Assembly (NCBI GenBank): GCA_903886255.1
Contig: CAISLM010000073.1
Coordinates: 1-62,604 of the forward strand
Source of the DNA: Candidatus Collierbacteria bacterium
GTDB taxonomy: Bacteria > Patescibacteriota > Microgenomatia > UBA1400 > MFAQ01
Direction of reading: 5' to 3'
Length of the DNA stretch: 62,604 bases
Shown here in pieces: positions 28,092 to 38,090 of this stretch. Positions within the stretch are counted from its first letter, which is position 1. The number at the start of each line of letters is the position of its first letter. The notes under the pieces are model-generated. The model did not search any database. It was not told where the DNA came from and was given only the letters and a program-made list of their open reading frames with translations. The translations under genes were made by a program, and so were the position numbers.

Positions 28092-28691
28092 ATGAAACAA
28101 GTATACGCAACCAAACAGAGTATGACTCAGACCTTCGTCGAAGGTAAGCGGATCCCCTTGACCGTTCTCTCGGTAGATCCTCATGTGCTCATTTCTCAAA
28201 AAACTATCGAAAAAGACGGATATCAGGCCTCAGTTATGGGCATTGGCACAAAAAAGAAAGCCAATAAACCAGTCGCTGGGTACTTAAAAAAGGCCGGAAT
28301 TGGTCTTAACCCCAGAATAATTAGAGAAGTATCCGGAGAAGAAACTGCCAATTACAATTTAGCGGAAATTCTAGTTCCCGGGACAATCGTGAATATTACT
28401 GCTACTTCAAAAGGTAAAGGCACTTCGGGCGTCGTCAAACGCTGGCACTTTGCCGGTGGTCCTAAAACTCATGGTCAATCAGACCGAGAACGTGCTCCTG
28501 GTTCAATAGGACGAGGTACTACCCCTGGTAGAATCGTCAAAGGCAAACGCATGGCCGGCCACATGGGTGATGTAAATGTCACCATTGAAAACTTGAAAAT
28601 CCATTCATTCGATGCCACCACAGGCGTTCTTCAAATCACCGGCGCCATTCCTGGTGGCCGCGGTGCCGTTACCAAGATCACTATTAAATAA
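28092..28691 (+). CDS. rplC: 50S ribosomal protein L3
   Basis: SKGKGTSGVVKRWHF, GKRMAGHMG. Confidence 0.98.
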   Translation: MKQVYATKQSMTQTFVEGKRIPLTVLSVDPHVLISQKTIEKDGYQASVMGIGTKKKANKPVAGYLKKAGIGLNPRIIREVSGEETANYNLAEILVPGTIVNITATSKGKGTSGVVKRWHFAGGPKTHGQSDRERAPGSIGRGTTPGRIVKGKRMAGHMGDVNVTIENLKIHSFDATTGVLQITGAIPGGRGAVTKITIK

Positions 28692-28693
28692 CT

Positions 28694-29311
28694 ATGGCTA
28701 CTAAAAAAGTTCAAACAACCAGTCTTCCCGATCTTTCGGTGTTTAACCTGGAAGTTTCTCCCTCTCTTTTGGCTCAAGCCATCTACGTTTATCAGGAAAA
28801 CTCTCACGTCGGTATGTCCAAGGTCAAAACCCGTGGAGAAGTTGAGTTCACCAAAAAGAAAGTCTACAAACAAAAAGGTACCGGAAATGCCCGTCACGGC
28901 GCCAAATCCGCCCCAATCTATGTTGGTGGAGGTGTAGTTTTTGGTCCCCGTGGCCTCAAGCTCGCCAACAAATCCCTCAACAAAAAGATGAAGATCAAAG
29001 CTCTTCTTGGTGCTCTTTCTCTCTACAAAAAAGAAGACCGACTTTCCCTATTGGACACCTCGTTCATCAAAGATAATTCTTCCAAGTCTGCTCTAAAGGC
29101 CCTCGGAACCGACAAACTCGGACTTGTTCACTTCAGAGAAGACCCCAAAACCCTTAAGGCTATTGGAAATCTGGATAACATCACTTTACTTTCGGCCAAT
29201 CGATTAAATGTTTACAAAGTAGTTCAAAGTCCCAAACTGGTTATCACCCCCAGTGCCTACGCCCATCTAGTTGAAAGACTAAAAACTGTTTTAACACCTA
29301 AAGCCAAATAA
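28694..29311 (+). CDS. rplD: 50S ribosomal protein L4
   Basis: KQKGTGNARHG, VGGGVVFGP. Confidence 0.98.
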   Translation: MATKKVQTTSLPDLSVFNLEVSPSLLAQAIYVYQENSHVGMSKVKTRGEVEFTKKKVYKQKGTGNARHGAKSAPIYVGGGVVFGPRGLKLANKSLNKKMKIKALLGALSLYKKEDRLSLLDTSFIKDNSSKSALKALGTDKLGLVHFREDPKTLKAIGNLDNITLLSANRLNVYKVVQSPKLVITPSAYAHLVERLKTVLTPKAK

Positions 29312-29313
29312 CT

Positions 29314-29622
29314 ATGTCTACACCTTTAATTCACCAAAATACCATCATTAGCCCGGTCGTTACCGAGAAAAGTTATTCACTGGCCGCTCTTGATAAATAT
29401 GTCTTCCAAGTCGATCCGGCTTCCAGTAAATATCAGATCAAAAAAGCTGTCGAAGACTTATTCAAAGTTGACGTTCTCAGTATCAACACTGTTAAAAATG
29501 GCGCCAGACCTGCAAAATCTCGCAAAACCGGCCGCCATATCAATTTGCCTACCAGTAAAAAAGCCATTGTAAAAATTAAAGCCGGTCAGAAGATTGATCT
29601 CTTTACCGCCCTTAAATCATAA
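29314..29622 (+). CDS. rplW: 50S ribosomal protein L23
   Basis: PVVTEKS, IKKAVEDLFKVDV; operon position. Confidence 0.97.
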   Translation: MSTPLIHQNTIISPVVTEKSYSLAALDKYVFQVDPASSKYQIKKAVEDLFKVDVLSINTVKNGARPAKSRKTGRHINLPTSKKAIVKIKAGQKIDLFTALKS

Positions 29623-29627
29623 ATACT

Positions 29628-30386
29628 ATGAAGACTACAGCACCCAAAACACTAAGAAAAATTAATCCTAAGTCGTCAGGAAGAAATAATTCTGGTAAAA
29701 TAACAGTTCGCCATCAAGGTGGTAGGCAGACTCGTTTCCTCCGTCATATTGACTGGAAGCGTAATGTTGCGCTTACTGCTAAGGTTGCATCGATCGAATA
29801 CGATCCAAATCGTACCGCCGAAATTGCTCTTTTAGTCTACGGAAATGGTGTCAAAGACTATATCTTGGCTCCTTTGGGCCTCAAGGTCGGAGACGTCATC
29901 GTCAGTTCCGAAACCGCCGAAATCAAAACCGGAAATTGCTTACCTCTAAAAAATATCCCTATTGGTATTCAGATTCATAATCTGGAAATCACTCCCGGAA
30001 AAGGTGCTCAGATGGTCCGTTCTGCCGGAAACACTGCCACTGTTCAGTCCAAAGAAGGTGACTTAGTTTCTGTCAAGCTTCCCTCAGGTGAAATTCGCGT
30101 CTTAAAAGGCGAATGCAAAGCCACCATTGGAGTCTTAACCAACGAACATCACAAAGAAGAAATCCTCGGTAAAGCCGGTCGTAGCAGACACATGGGTATT
30201 CGTCCCACTGTTCGTGGTGTCGCTCAAGACCCAAGATCTCACCCTCATGGTGGTGGTGAAGGTCGTTCCGGAATCGGTATGAAGTCTCCTAAATCTCCAT
30301 GGGGAAAGAGAACCTTGGGTAAAAGAACCAGAGACAGAAAGAAATACAGTAATAAATCAATTATTAAACATCGCTATAACCATTAA
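29628..30386 (+). CDS. rplB: 50S ribosomal protein L2
   Basis: [30 protein letters not shown]. Confidence 0.99.
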   Translation: MKTTAPKTLRKINPKSSGRNNSGKITVRHQGGRQTRFLRHIDWKRNVALTAKVASIEYDPNRTAEIALLVYGNGVKDYILAPLGLKVGDVIVSSETAEIKTGNCLPLKNIPIGIQIHNLEITPGKGAQMVRSAGNTATVQSKEGDLVSVKLPSGEIRVLKGECKATIGVLTNEHHKEEILGKAGRSRHMGIRPTVRGVAQDPRSHPHGGGEGRSGIGMKSPKSPWGKRTLGKRTRDRKKYSNKSIIKHRYNH

Positions 30387-30388
30387 TT

Positions 30389-30673
30389 ATGTCCAGAAGT
30401 ACCATCAAAGGACCATATGTTGACGAGAAGCTCATCGCCAAAGTCGAGAAGCTGAAAAACTCGGGGACAAAAACACCCATCAAAACCTGGGCCAGATCTT
30501 CACAGATCCCTCCGGAATTTGTTGGCTACACTTTTTCTGTCCACAACGGTAAAGTCTTTAAAGATGTTTTCATCACCGAAGACATGGTTGGTCACCGCCT
30601 CGGAGAATTTTCTCTCACCAGAAACTTCCGTGGACATGGACGTATCGTCAAGAGACTCTTAACCAAAACTTAA
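30389..30673 (+). CDS. rpsS: 30S ribosomal protein S19
   Basis: [15 protein letters not shown]. Confidence 0.99.
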   Translation: MSRSTIKGPYVDEKLIAKVEKLKNSGTKTPIKTWARSSQIPPEFVGYTFSVHNGKVFKDVFITEDMVGHRLGEFSLTRNFRGHGRIVKRLLTKT

Positions 30674-30679
30674 AAGAAT

Positions 30680-31138
30680 ATGGCTACTACTAATAAAGAA
30701 AACAAAACCCTCATCGTCGCCAGAGCAAGTCACGTCTTGTCTTCGCCTCGAAAAACCAACCTTATTCTTAAGGCTTTAGTTGGCAGACCTGCTCTTCTTG
30801 CTATCAAGCAATTGGAAGTTATCCAAAAAAGAGCCTCAGATCCCATTGCCAAGCTCATAAAACAAGCCATTGGTAATGCCGTATCCACAAAACAGCTCTC
30901 TCCCGATTCTTTGATTATCGATTCCGCTTTTGCCACCAAAGGCAGAGTCATCAAGCGCGCTCACATTGGTGGACGCGGTCGTACAAAACCTTACGAGAGA
31001 ACTTCTTCTCACCTCACTTTGAACTTAAGAGTTAAAGCCTCAAACGTCGTTGCTCCGAAGGCTATAGCTCCCAAAGTTGAAACCAAAAAAGTTGAAATCA
31101 AAAAAGAAAAAGTAGTCGCCACTAAAAAAACAAAATAA
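30680..31138 (+). CDS. rplV: 50S ribosomal protein L22 with Lys-rich C-terminal tail
   Basis: SPRKTNL, AIGNA, GRGRTKPYERTSSHLT. Confidence 0.96.
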   Translation: MATTNKENKTLIVARASHVLSSPRKTNLILKALVGRPALLAIKQLEVIQKRASDPIAKLIKQAIGNAVSTKQLSPDSLIIDSAFATKGRVIKRAHIGGRGRTKPYERTSSHLTLNLRVKASNVVAPKAIAPKVETKKVEIKKEKVVATKKTK

Positions 31139-31139
31139 C

Positions 31140-31793
31140 ATGGGTAAAAAAGTAAATCCAACCATATTTAGAACCGGATACATCTTTCCAACAAAATCCG
31201 TCTGGTTTAGTAGTTTCAAAAACTACGCTAAGTTTGTTCTCGAAGACAACAGTATTCGCCGTTTCCTCGAAGACAAGCTAAAGCTTGCCGGAATCACTAC
31301 CATTGAAATCAAACGCAGTATCAACACTATTGATATCTTTATGTACGTTTCCCGTCCCGGTGTCGTCATTGGCCGCGGTGGCTCCTCTTTGGAACAGCTC
31401 AAAAAAGACGTTGAAAAACTTCTTAAAATTGATCTCAAAGCCAAAAACGCCATCAAAGTTAATCTTCACCCTATGGAGATCAAAAATCCTGAGCTCTCAG
31501 CCGGTATTATTGTCGATCGTCTTGCCAATCAGCTTGAACATCGCTATCCTTTCCGTCGTGCTGCCAACCAAGCCATCGAAAAAGTTATGGCTGCCGGTGC
31601 CAAAGGTGTAAAAATTGTTTTTGCCGGTCGTATCGATGGAGCCGAAATTGCCCGCACCGAAAAATTCAAACAGGGTCGTATCCCTACCCAAACTCTTCGT
31701 GCCAACATTGATTATGTCGAAAAGCCCGCTTTGACCCGCTCAGGCTATGTTGGAATTAAAGTCTGGATTTATACCGGAGATATCATCATCTAA
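31140..31793 (+). CDS. rpsC: 30S ribosomal protein S3
   Basis: MGKKVNP, RPGVVIGRGG, IPTQTLRANIDY. Confidence 0.99.
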   Translation: MGKKVNPTIFRTGYIFPTKSVWFSSFKNYAKFVLEDNSIRRFLEDKLKLAGITTIEIKRSINTIDIFMYVSRPGVVIGRGGSSLEQLKKDVEKLLKIDLKAKNAIKVNLHPMEIKNPELSAGIIVDRLANQLEHRYPFRRAANQAIEKVMAAGAKGVKIVFAGRIDGAEIARTEKFKQGRIPTQTLRANIDYVEKPALTRSGYVGIKVWIYTGDIII

Positions 31794-31814
31794 AAACAAA
31801 AAGACTAAAAGAAT

Positions 31815-32228
31815 ATGCTACAACCAGCTCGACGCAAATATAGAAAAGAATTTAGAGGCTCTATGGGTGGTGTTGCCACACGTAGTAACTTCTTAGCCTA
31901 TGGAGATTTCGGCATCAAAGCCGAAACCTGCGGCTGGTTATCTGCTGCCGAAATCGAATCCGCCCGTCGCACTATCACTCACCACACCAAACGTGTCGGT
32001 AAATTCTTCCTTAGAGTTTTTCCTCACAAACCAATTGGTTGGAAAACCCCTGGTGCTCGTATGGGTTCCGGTAAATCTGATGTTTCAGCTTACGTTGCCG
32101 TCGTCAAACCCGGTCAAATCCTAATGGAACTCTCCGGAGTTTCTCGAGAAGTCGCCGCTGAAGCTATTCGTCTTGCCAGCCACAAAATTTCCGTTAGAAC
32201 CAAATTTATAGAAAAAGAAAATGCCTAA
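31815..32228 (+). CDS. rplP: 50S ribosomal protein L16
   Basis: RVFPHKP, RMGSGK. Confidence 0.99.
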   Translation: MLQPARRKYRKEFRGSMGGVATRSNFLAYGDFGIKAETCGWLSAAEIESARRTITHHTKRVGKFFLRVFPHKPIGWKTPGARMGSGKSDVSAYVAVVKPGQILMELSGVSREVAAEAIRLASHKISVRTKFIEKENA

Positions 32229-32412
32229 AACCAAGACTGAAACACCCATCGCTACTTTAGAAGAGCTAAAAATTAAGTTAGCCGACATTAGACTAAAAAT
32301 TAAAGCCGGTCAAGAAAAAAACACCAACGCTCACAAAAAGACCAAAGTCCAAATTGCTCAATTTTTAACTTCCGCCAAAGGTATACCAGCCTCTGAAGCA
32401 AAATCAAAATAA
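32221..32412 (+). CDS. rpmC: 50S ribosomal protein L29 (divergent)
   Basis: Between rplP and rpsQ; LRLKIKAGQEKN-like core (IRLKIKAGQEKNTN...IAQFLT). Confidence 0.85.
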   Translation: MPKTKTETPIATLEELKIKLADIRLKIKAGQEKNTNAHKKTKVQIAQFLTSAKGIPASEAKSK

Positions 32413-32420
32413 TAAATAAT

Positions 32421-32648
32421 ATGACCAAACACGTAATCGGAACCGTCAAAAGCGCCAAAATGATGAAAACAGCCGTCGTTGACGTGGTTCACTTCAAAGT
32501 TCACCCCAAATACCTCAAACGTATTAAGGTCAACAAATCTTATATTGCTCACAACGAAATCGGGGCCAAAGAAGGCGACAGTGTTCGCCTCGAAGAAACT
32601 CGACCCATAAGCAAAAATAAACACTGGCAAATAACTAAAGTTCTATGA
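32421..32648 (+). CDS. rpsQ: 30S ribosomal protein S17
   Basis: [25 protein letters not shown]. Confidence 0.98.
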   Translation: MTKHVIGTVKSAKMMKTAVVDVVHFKVHPKYLKRIKVNKSYIAHNEIGAKEGDSVRLEETRPISKNKHWQITKVL

Positions 32649-33019
32649 TTCAACTAAGATCCGTCCTCAATGTCGCCGATAACTCCGGTGCCAAGCTCGT
32701 CAAAGTCATCCTCGTCCACGGTGGTTCTCACCGCCGATTCGGCTATGTTGGCGATATCGTCACCGCTGCCGTCGAAGGCGCCGACACCAATGGTGCCGTC
32801 AAAGACAAACAAGTTGTAAAGGCCGTTGTCGTTCGTTGTCGTAAAGAAACCCGCCGCGACGATGGTACTTACGTCCGTTTTGATGACAATGCTGTCGTTA
32901 TTATTGATTCGATTGCCGGTAAGCAGCCTCTTGGCACTCGTATCTTTGGACCAATTGCTCGTGAGGTCAAAGATGCCGGTTTTGCCAAGATTGCTTCTCT
33001 GGCTCCCGAAGTTGTCTAA
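32645..33019 (+). CDS. rplN: 50S ribosomal protein L14
   Basis: [27 protein letters not shown]. Confidence 0.99.
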   Translation: MIQLRSVLNVADNSGAKLVKVILVHGGSHRRFGYVGDIVTAAVEGADTNGAVKDKQVVKAVVVRCRKETRRDDGTYVRFDDNAVVIIDSIAGKQPLGTRIFGPIAREVKDAGFAKIASLAPEVV

Positions 33020-33030
33020 AACAAAAACAT

Positions 33031-33357
33031 ATGTTCAAATTTAAAATCAATGACACTGTAAAAGTAACCGCCGGCAAAGACAAAGGTCGCACAGGAAAAG
33101 TTATCAAAATTATTCCTCAAGATCAAAAAGTTCTCGTCGAAGGTCTCAATGTCTACAAAAAACACATCAAAGCCAAAGGTAATGAAGCCGGTCAAATTGT
33201 CACTCTTCCGAGGAGCATTTCCACCGCTTCCGTCGCTCTAATTTGTCCCAGTTGTGGCAAAGCTACTCGTGTCGGTTTCGACGCCAGCCAAACCCCCAAA
33301 GTCAGAGTCTGTCACCTTTGTCGTCAAGTTATCACCAATGAAACCAAGAAAAAATGA
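33031..33357 (+). CDS. rplX: 50S ribosomal protein L24
   Basis: KOW motif VTAGKDKGRTG, VEGLN; CPSC...CHLC. Confidence 0.98.
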   Translation: MFKFKINDTVKVTAGKDKGRTGKVIKIIPQDQKVLVEGLNVYKKHIKAKGNEAGQIVTLPRSISTASVALICPSCGKATRVGFDASQTPKVRVCHLCRQVITNETKKK

Positions 33358-33902
33358 CACAAACTCTCAAAGAAAACTATCTAAAAACTGTCCGTCCGGC
33401 TCTTCAAAAAGAGCTTGGTCTCTCCTCGATCGAGGCTACTCCTAAATTGGAGAAAATCACCCTCAATACCTCCTCGAAAGAGTTCAAAACAGACAAAGAA
33501 CTTCTCGCCAAAACCAAAACCTGGATCTCAGCCATCACCGGCCAGGCTCCGGTCGAAACCAAAGCCAAACACTCCATCGCCGCTTTTAACCTCCGTGAGG
33601 GTGAAGTCGTTGGTCTCAAAGTTACCCTCCGCGGCAACCGCATGTACGACTTTTTCCAGAAATTAACCTCTATTGTTCTTCCTCGTATCAAAGACTTCCA
33701 GGGCGTTAGTCGAACCACCATCGATAAAGGTGGCAACTACACTCTCGGACTTTCAGAACAGATCGTGTTCCCCGAGGTCGAGTATGATAAAATAGGCAGG
33801 ATTCAAGGCTTGGAAATTACTATTTCAACGAGTGCAAAAGACGCGAAATCTTCTCTCTTGCTTCTTACCGCTCTCGGCATGCCTTTTACTAAGGAAATCT
33901 AA
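33354..33902 (+). CDS. rplE: 50S ribosomal protein L5
   Basis: [23 protein letters not shown]. Confidence 0.99.
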   Translation: MTQTLKENYLKTVRPALQKELGLSSIEATPKLEKITLNTSSKEFKTDKELLAKTKTWISAITGQAPVETKAKHSIAAFNLREGEVVGLKVTLRGNRMYDFFQKLTSIVLPRIKDFQGVSRTTIDKGGNYTLGLSEQIVFPEVEYDKIGRIQGLEITISTSAKDAKSSLLLLTALGMPFTKEI

Positions 33903-33913
33903 ATCCGCAAAAC

Positions 33914-34099
33914 ATGGCTAAAACAAGCAAAATCGTTAAATCAAAAAGACTCGCCGCTCATCCGACTCAAAACCATCGTCGTTGTCAGCTCTGTGGCAGA
34001 CCTCGTGGCGTTATCCGCATCTTCGGATTATGCCGCTTGTGCTTCCGCGAATTGGCTCACAAAGGTGAACTTCCGGGTGTCTACAAAATGTCAAAATAA
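33914..34099 (+). CDS. rpsN: 30S ribosomal protein S14, zinc-binding (type Z)
   Basis: [10 protein letters not shown]...LCRLCFRE. Confidence 0.98.
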   Translation: MAKTSKIVKSKRLAAHPTQNHRRCQLCGRPRGVIRIFGLCRLCFRELAHKGELPGVYKMSK

Positions 34100-34100
34100 T

Positions 34101-34490
34101 ATGGATACAATTTCAGATCTTCTAACAATCATAAGAAACGGCTACATGGCCAAAAAAGAAACAGTGGTGGCCAAACACACCATCGTTTCCGAATCCCTCG
34201 TCAAGCTATTAAAAGCTGATGGATATATTTCCGACTATTCTGTTGAAAATACCAAACCCGCCAAGAAATTAATCATTACTCTTCAGTACTTCGACAAAAA
34301 TCTTCCTGCCGTAACCGGTATCAAACGTATCAGTAAGAGCAGTGTCCGTATTTACTCCGGCTTCGATAAAATCCCTCTAGCCCTATCCGGCGCCGGAACC
34401 ACTATTGTCTCTACATCTTCAGGCCTTATGTCAGGAAAAACTGCCAGGGAAAAACACCTCGGTGGAGAAGTTATTTGTCAAATTTGGTAA
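34101..34490 (+). CDS. rpsH: 30S ribosomal protein S8
   Basis: DTISDLLTIIRNG, KRISKSSVRIY, STSSGLM, GGEVIC. True start is ATG 34101, not 33993. Confidence 0.98.
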   Translation: MDTISDLLTIIRNGYMAKKETVVAKHTIVSESLVKLLKADGYISDYSVENTKPAKKLIITLQYFDKNLPAVTGIKRISKSSVRIYSGFDKIPLALSGAGTTIVSTSSGLMSGKTAREKHLGGEVICQIW

Positions 34491-34496
34491 AAATAT

Positions 34497-35045
34497 ATGA
34501 GCCGCATTGGACGCAAACCACTATATCTTCCCGATACTGTCAAAGTAGAAATACTTGATGGGTCGCTAAAATTCACTGGCCCAAAAGGGACTCTGGAATC
34601 AGTTATTCCCGAAGGCATTAAAGTTGAACAAAAAGAAAATGTTCTAAGTTTCACTCGCGACAGCGACGTTCCTTCAGTTCGTGCTCTTCATGGTTTGGCC
34701 CGTCGTTTGGCCCAAAACTGTGTCACTGGAGTCACTGAAGGTTTCGAAAAACACCTTCTTCTCCAGGGAACCGGTTACCGCGTTGCCGGAAACCCCGAAG
34801 GTCTAACTCTTTCTCTTGGTTTTTCTCATCCCGTCATCTTCAAAAAAGTTCCCGGTGTTAACATCACTGTCGAAGGTCAAGACAAGATTCACATTTCCGG
34901 AATAGATAAACAGTTAGTTGGTCAAGTTGCCGCTAATATCCGCGAGCTTAAGAAACCCGAGCCTTACAAGGGTAAAGGTATCCGCTACTCCGACGAAGTT
35001 GTTATCAAGAAACAGGGTAAGACCGCTACTAAAACTGCCGCTTAA
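34497..35045 (+). CDS. rplF: 50S ribosomal protein L6
   Basis: MSRIGRKP, PEPYKGKGIRY. Confidence 0.99.
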   Translation: MSRIGRKPLYLPDTVKVEILDGSLKFTGPKGTLESVIPEGIKVEQKENVLSFTRDSDVPSVRALHGLARRLAQNCVTGVTEGFEKHLLLQGTGYRVAGNPEGLTLSLGFSHPVIFKKVPGVNITVEGQDKIHISGIDKQLVGQVAANIRELKKPEPYKGKGIRYSDEVVIKKQGKTATKTAA

Positions 35046-35062
35046 TTAAATTAATAATAAAA

Positions 35063-35410
35063 ATGATTCAAAACACCTTAACCTCTAAGGCCAGAAGACA
35101 GCACCGCGTACGTGCCAAGCTTTTAGCCGGAACCACTCTCCCCAGACTCACTGTATTGCGTTCCAACCAACACATCGGAGCCCAGATTATCAACCCCAAT
35201 GGTAACGTCATCGCTGCCGCTAACTCAAAGTCCCTCAAAAACTTTAAGGGAACCAAAGTGGCTCAAGCTACCGAAGTTGGTATGCTTCTTGGTAAAGTCG
35301 CCAAAGAGAAAAAAGTCGCCAATGTCGTTTTTGATCGCGGTTCCTATCGTTTCCATGGTCGCGTCAAAGCCTTAGCTGAAGCTGTTAGAGAATCAGGTAT
35401 AAAATTCTAA
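35063..35410 (+). CDS. rplR: 50S ribosomal protein L18
   Basis: PRLTVLRSNQHI, FDRGSYRFHGRVKALAE. Confidence 0.99.
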   Translation: MIQNTLTSKARRQHRVRAKLLAGTTLPRLTVLRSNQHIGAQIINPNGNVIAAANSKSLKNFKGTKVAQATEVGMLLGKVAKEKKVANVVFDRGSYRFHGRVKALAEAVRESGIKF

Positions 35411-35420
35411 TCTAAAATAT

Positions 35421-35951
35421 ATGGCATACTCAGGAAATACAAATAACAATAGTAACAGAGGTGGCGGTCGTCCCGCCCCAGAAGGTTTTGAGCAAGTTCT
35501 TCAAATTCGCCGTGTCAGTAAAAAGACCCAAGGCGGTTCAAACGTTTCCTTTTCAGCCCTAGTCGTTACCGGAGACAAAAAAGGTAAGGTTGGTCTAGGT
35601 CTGGCCAAGGCTCCAAACGTCGCAGACGCCATCAAAAAAGCCATCCGCCTTAGTAATCGTGATCTCGTTCAGGTTCCTCTGGTGAATGGTACAATCCCTT
35701 ACGAAACCATATCCAAGTATGGTGCCAGTAAAGTTCTCTTTCGCCCAGCCCCTAAAGGTACAGGCATCATTGCCGGTTCCTCTATCCGTGCTGTCGTCGA
35801 AGCTGCCGGTATTACCGACATTGTCTGTAAAGCCCTAGGCTCAAACAATAAAACTTCAAACGCCAGAGCAACCTTCAAAGCCCTCAAACAGGTCGAATCT
35901 CTAGCCAAGAAATACATCCTCTTAAAAGAAATTAAAGCCAAAGCCAAATAA
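35421..35951 (+). CDS. rpsE: 30S ribosomal protein S5
   Basis: RVSKKTQGG, GKVGLG, PAPKGTGIIAG. Confidence 0.99.
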   Translation: MAYSGNTNNNSNRGGGRPAPEGFEQVLQIRRVSKKTQGGSNVSFSALVVTGDKKGKVGLGLAKAPNVADAIKKAIRLSNRDLVQVPLVNGTIPYETISKYGASKVLFRPAPKGTGIIAGSSIRAVVEAAGITDIVCKALGSNNKTSNARATFKALKQVESLAKKYILLKEIKAKAK

Positions 35952-35956
35952 CAACT

Positions 35957-35995
35957 CGTCATTGCGAGTCTCGTATTCGAGCCGAAGCAATCCAG
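35957..35995 (+). repeat. GTCATTGC...GCAATC palindromic element, copy E1 (rpsE|rplO)
   Basis: CGTCATTGCGAGTCTCG-TATT-CGAGCCGAAGCAATCCAG. Confidence 0.9.
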
Positions 35996-36011
35996 AATAT
36001 AAATAAAACAT

Positions 36012-36461
36012 ATGAACCTAAGTAATCTTCCCAAAACAGTCGAAACCGGTAAAAAACGCCTTGGTCGTGGCTACGGCTCCGGAGTTGGCGGTCACACTGT
36101 TGGTCGTGGCCAAAAAGGTCAAAAAACCCGTGGCACCATGCCTCTCTGGTTCGAAGGTGGACAGCTTCCAATCATCCGTCGTACTCCTTTCATCAAAGGC
36201 AAGCACCGCTTCCAGGTCATTAATCTTCAGCCCATCACTGTTAACTTCGACATTCTTACTAAGTATTTTGAAGACAAGGCTGTTATCGACTCTGCTTCTC
36301 TCATTAAGACTCTCAAAATCAGCGATAAAGAGGCCAAAAGAGGTTTCAAGATCATCCGCACCGGCAAGCTTGAAAAAGCTCTCGAGGTTAACGTTCCTGC
36401 CACAGCTGGAGCCATCAAAGCAATCGAAACCGCCGGCGGCAAATATACCTTCTCCAAATAA
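36012..36461 (+). CDS. rplO: 50S ribosomal protein L15
   Basis: KRLGRGYGSG, GRGQKGQKTR, FEGGQLP; no rpmD between rpsE and rplO. Confidence 0.99.
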   Translation: MNLSNLPKTVETGKKRLGRGYGSGVGGHTVGRGQKGQKTRGTMPLWFEGGQLPIIRRTPFIKGKHRFQVINLQPITVNFDILTKYFEDKAVIDSASLIKTLKISDKEAKRGFKIIRTGKLEKALEVNVPATAGAIKAIETAGGKYTFSK

Positions 36462-36471
36462 CTCCTTATTC

Positions 36472-36522
36472 CTCATTGCGCCCGCCCGCCTATGGAGGGA
36501 GCGTACTCGAGCGGCAATCCAG
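36472..36522 (+). repeat. Palindromic element, divergent copy E2 (rplO|cassette island)
   Basis: CTCATTGCG...GCGTACTCGAGCGGCAATCCAG. Confidence 0.75.
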
Positions 36523-36556
36523 TCCCTGGTTTCGCGTTGTAATATAACCTATATAG

Positions 36557-36576
36557 TGGTAGAATACCCTAACTTA
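36557..36576 (+). promoter_or_regulatory. Extended -10 with shared CCCT-AACTTA module
   Basis: TGGTAGAAT-ACCCT-AACTTA; covered by the inverted repeat GTGGTA/TACCAC (36556-36580). Confidence 0.55.
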
Positions 36577-36681
36577 CCACCTTGACATTTTAAGACTTGT
36601 CGAAGATCTTCAACGGCCACGAACTACCGTCTTGACGTGTACAGTGAAGCCAATTCCACTAATTTTTTTCAGGAGAGAAAA

Positions 36682-37050
36682 ATGTCAGATATCCCCAATA
36701 GATTTTCCTTATTAAAGGGCCTGGTTATGGTCACGCCAGGCATAGTCACAAACTGGTATCCCAACGTCGCCTTCTTTGACACTGTCACTGGAGAACAAAA
36801 GATTATCCTCGACGGTCCCAACACAGCCGTGCTTTATAAAGCACTAAAATACCTGGCCGACAAAGAAGACCGTTCCAGTGATGAGGTTTTAGACTCCGTA
36901 GTTGTTAGTGGATTAAAATATCATCTGTCCCAGGTTAGAGGATACCTCTATCTCTCTCCTGCTGGCAAATTTTGGAATAACTGGGCCGCCTCTATCGCAG
37001 TCCTCGATATTTCCCATATGAATAAACTGATCCAGACCATCGAATCCTAA
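36682..37050 (+). CDS. Hypothetical protein, 122 aa (cassette 1); distant paralog of 38091
   Basis: SD AGGAG before ATG 36682; ALKYLA...GYLYLSPAG...FW. Confidence 0.7.
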   Translation: MSDIPNRFSLLKGLVMVTPGIVTNWYPNVAFFDTVTGEQKIILDGPNTAVLYKALKYLADKEDRSSDEVLDSVVVSGLKYHLSQVRGYLYLSPAGKFWNNWAASIAVLDISHMNKLIQTIES

Positions 37051-37063
37051 AACGATCACTCGC

Positions 37064-37088
37064 CCCACCCTCAAACGGGTGGGTTTTT
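37064..37088 (+). terminator. CCCACCC/GGGTGGG hairpin terminator, copy 1
   Basis: CCCACCC-tcaaac-GGGTGGG-TTTTT. Confidence 0.85.
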
Positions 37089-37090
37089 AC

Positions 37091-37112
37091 TGATATAATA
37101 CCCTGTAACTTA
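37091..37112 (+). promoter_or_regulatory. Extended -10 with shared CCCT-AACTTA module
   Basis: TGATATAAT-ACCCT-GT-AACTTA; SD GAGGAGG at 37120-37126. Confidence 0.65.
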
Positions 37113-37131
37113 AAATTCTGAGGAGGTTTCT

Positions 37132-37335
37132 GTGGATATCTTGAAGCAAAACCAACTAATTGCTGGATTCTTCTCTGTTTTTGGCATCCTGTTCTATTTT
37201 ATTTTTGTCCATATCGACAGCTTTATTGCTTTTAGCCTTCTCGTTTGCGGCGTCCTCTGCGGCATCATGTTTATCATTTTTACTATCTGGCGTTTCATCA
37301 TCAAACCCTGGCGCTTTTCCAAAAACAGGAAATAA
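37132..37335 (+). CDS. Small 2-TM membrane protein, 67 aa (cassette 2)
   Basis: GTG start with strong SD; two hydrophobic helices and a basic tail. Confidence 0.7.
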   Translation: MDILKQNQLIAGFFSVFGILFYFIFVHIDSFIAFSLLVCGVLCGIMFIIFTIWRFIIKPWRFSKNRK

Positions 37336-37381
37336 AATACTCCACACCCACCCCACAATTTTCCCTCAGATTGCAGAAATT

Positions 37382-37404
37382 CCCACCCCACCAGGGTGGG
37401 TTTT
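37382..37404 (+). terminator. CCCACCC/GGGTGGG hairpin terminator, copy 2
   Basis: CCCACCC-cacca-GGGTGGG-TTTT; an extra half-site CCCACCCCAC lies at 37347-37356. Confidence 0.82.
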
Positions 37405-37564
37405 GCTATTTAAACACCTCAAAATACAGTATAATTCAGCCATCCGAAAACCTTAACATTCAGTTTGAGGAGAAACATGATTCTCACCACGATTGAGACC
37501 AGACTGGTCAAAGATCCCGCCAATCACCTGTTTTTTCCAAGCAAAAACCATAAAGGAGATTCTT

Positions 37565-38086
37565 ATGAAACGCCTCTTGTTTCTCACATGGATAATCTAT
37601 CTGATCGTGGGTGTCATCCTGGTTGTCACCAAATTCTTACCATCTTGTAATCCTGGCAGAGGCACAGGTTTGGAATGTGATTTCTCCGTCGGCAAACTCG
37701 CCAAAATCGATTCACCTGCCAAGATCATCATCTCCAGTTTCGACCCCTTCACTTTTGGCTACCGCAGCGCGTCGGTCGATGGTTGGGAAAAAGTCACCCC
37801 TCTAAATATCTATGGATTCTATTACCTAACCATAAACACCAAGGGACCGGTTGAAATGCAAATGTTCCAATCAGGCGGAGATACCAATGTTCCCTACATC
37901 AGGGTTAGTCAAATAACTGAAGGTCAATATCCATCGCTTTCTGTTTCCCGAACTTGGTACCACCCGCTTACCCAATTAGTCCAATGGTATTTATTTCCGG
38001 TGTTACTAATCGATATCGCTCTTTTTATCGCTTTTGCTTGGATCTTTTTTCACCGATTTTCAAAGCTGGGTTCCTCCGAGGAATAA
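37565..38086 (+). CDS. Membrane protein, 173 aa, with N- and C-terminal TM helices (cassette 3)
   Basis: SD AAAGGAG before ATG 37565; Cys pair in the extracellular loop. Confidence 0.72.
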   Translation: MKRLLFLTWIIYLIVGVILVVTKFLPSCNPGRGTGLECDFSVGKLAKIDSPAKIIISSFDPFTFGYRSASVDGWEKVTPLNIYGFYYLTINTKGPVEMQMFQSGGDTNVPYIRVSQITEGQYPSLSVSRTWYHPLTQLVQWYLFPVLLIDIALFIAFAWIFFHRFSKLGSSEE

Positions 38087-38090
38087 CACC

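Noticed and set aside
35505-35550. S5 loop RVSKKTQGGSN as a spectinomycin-resistance allele
   Set aside because: This loop varies naturally between phyla and I cannot tie the substitution to a known allele.
37477-37650. SD-led 57-aa ORF MILTTIETR...
   Set aside because: It overlaps the better-supported 37565 gene by 86 nt in another frame and has no recognisable features. It may be a remnant and is not called as a CDS.
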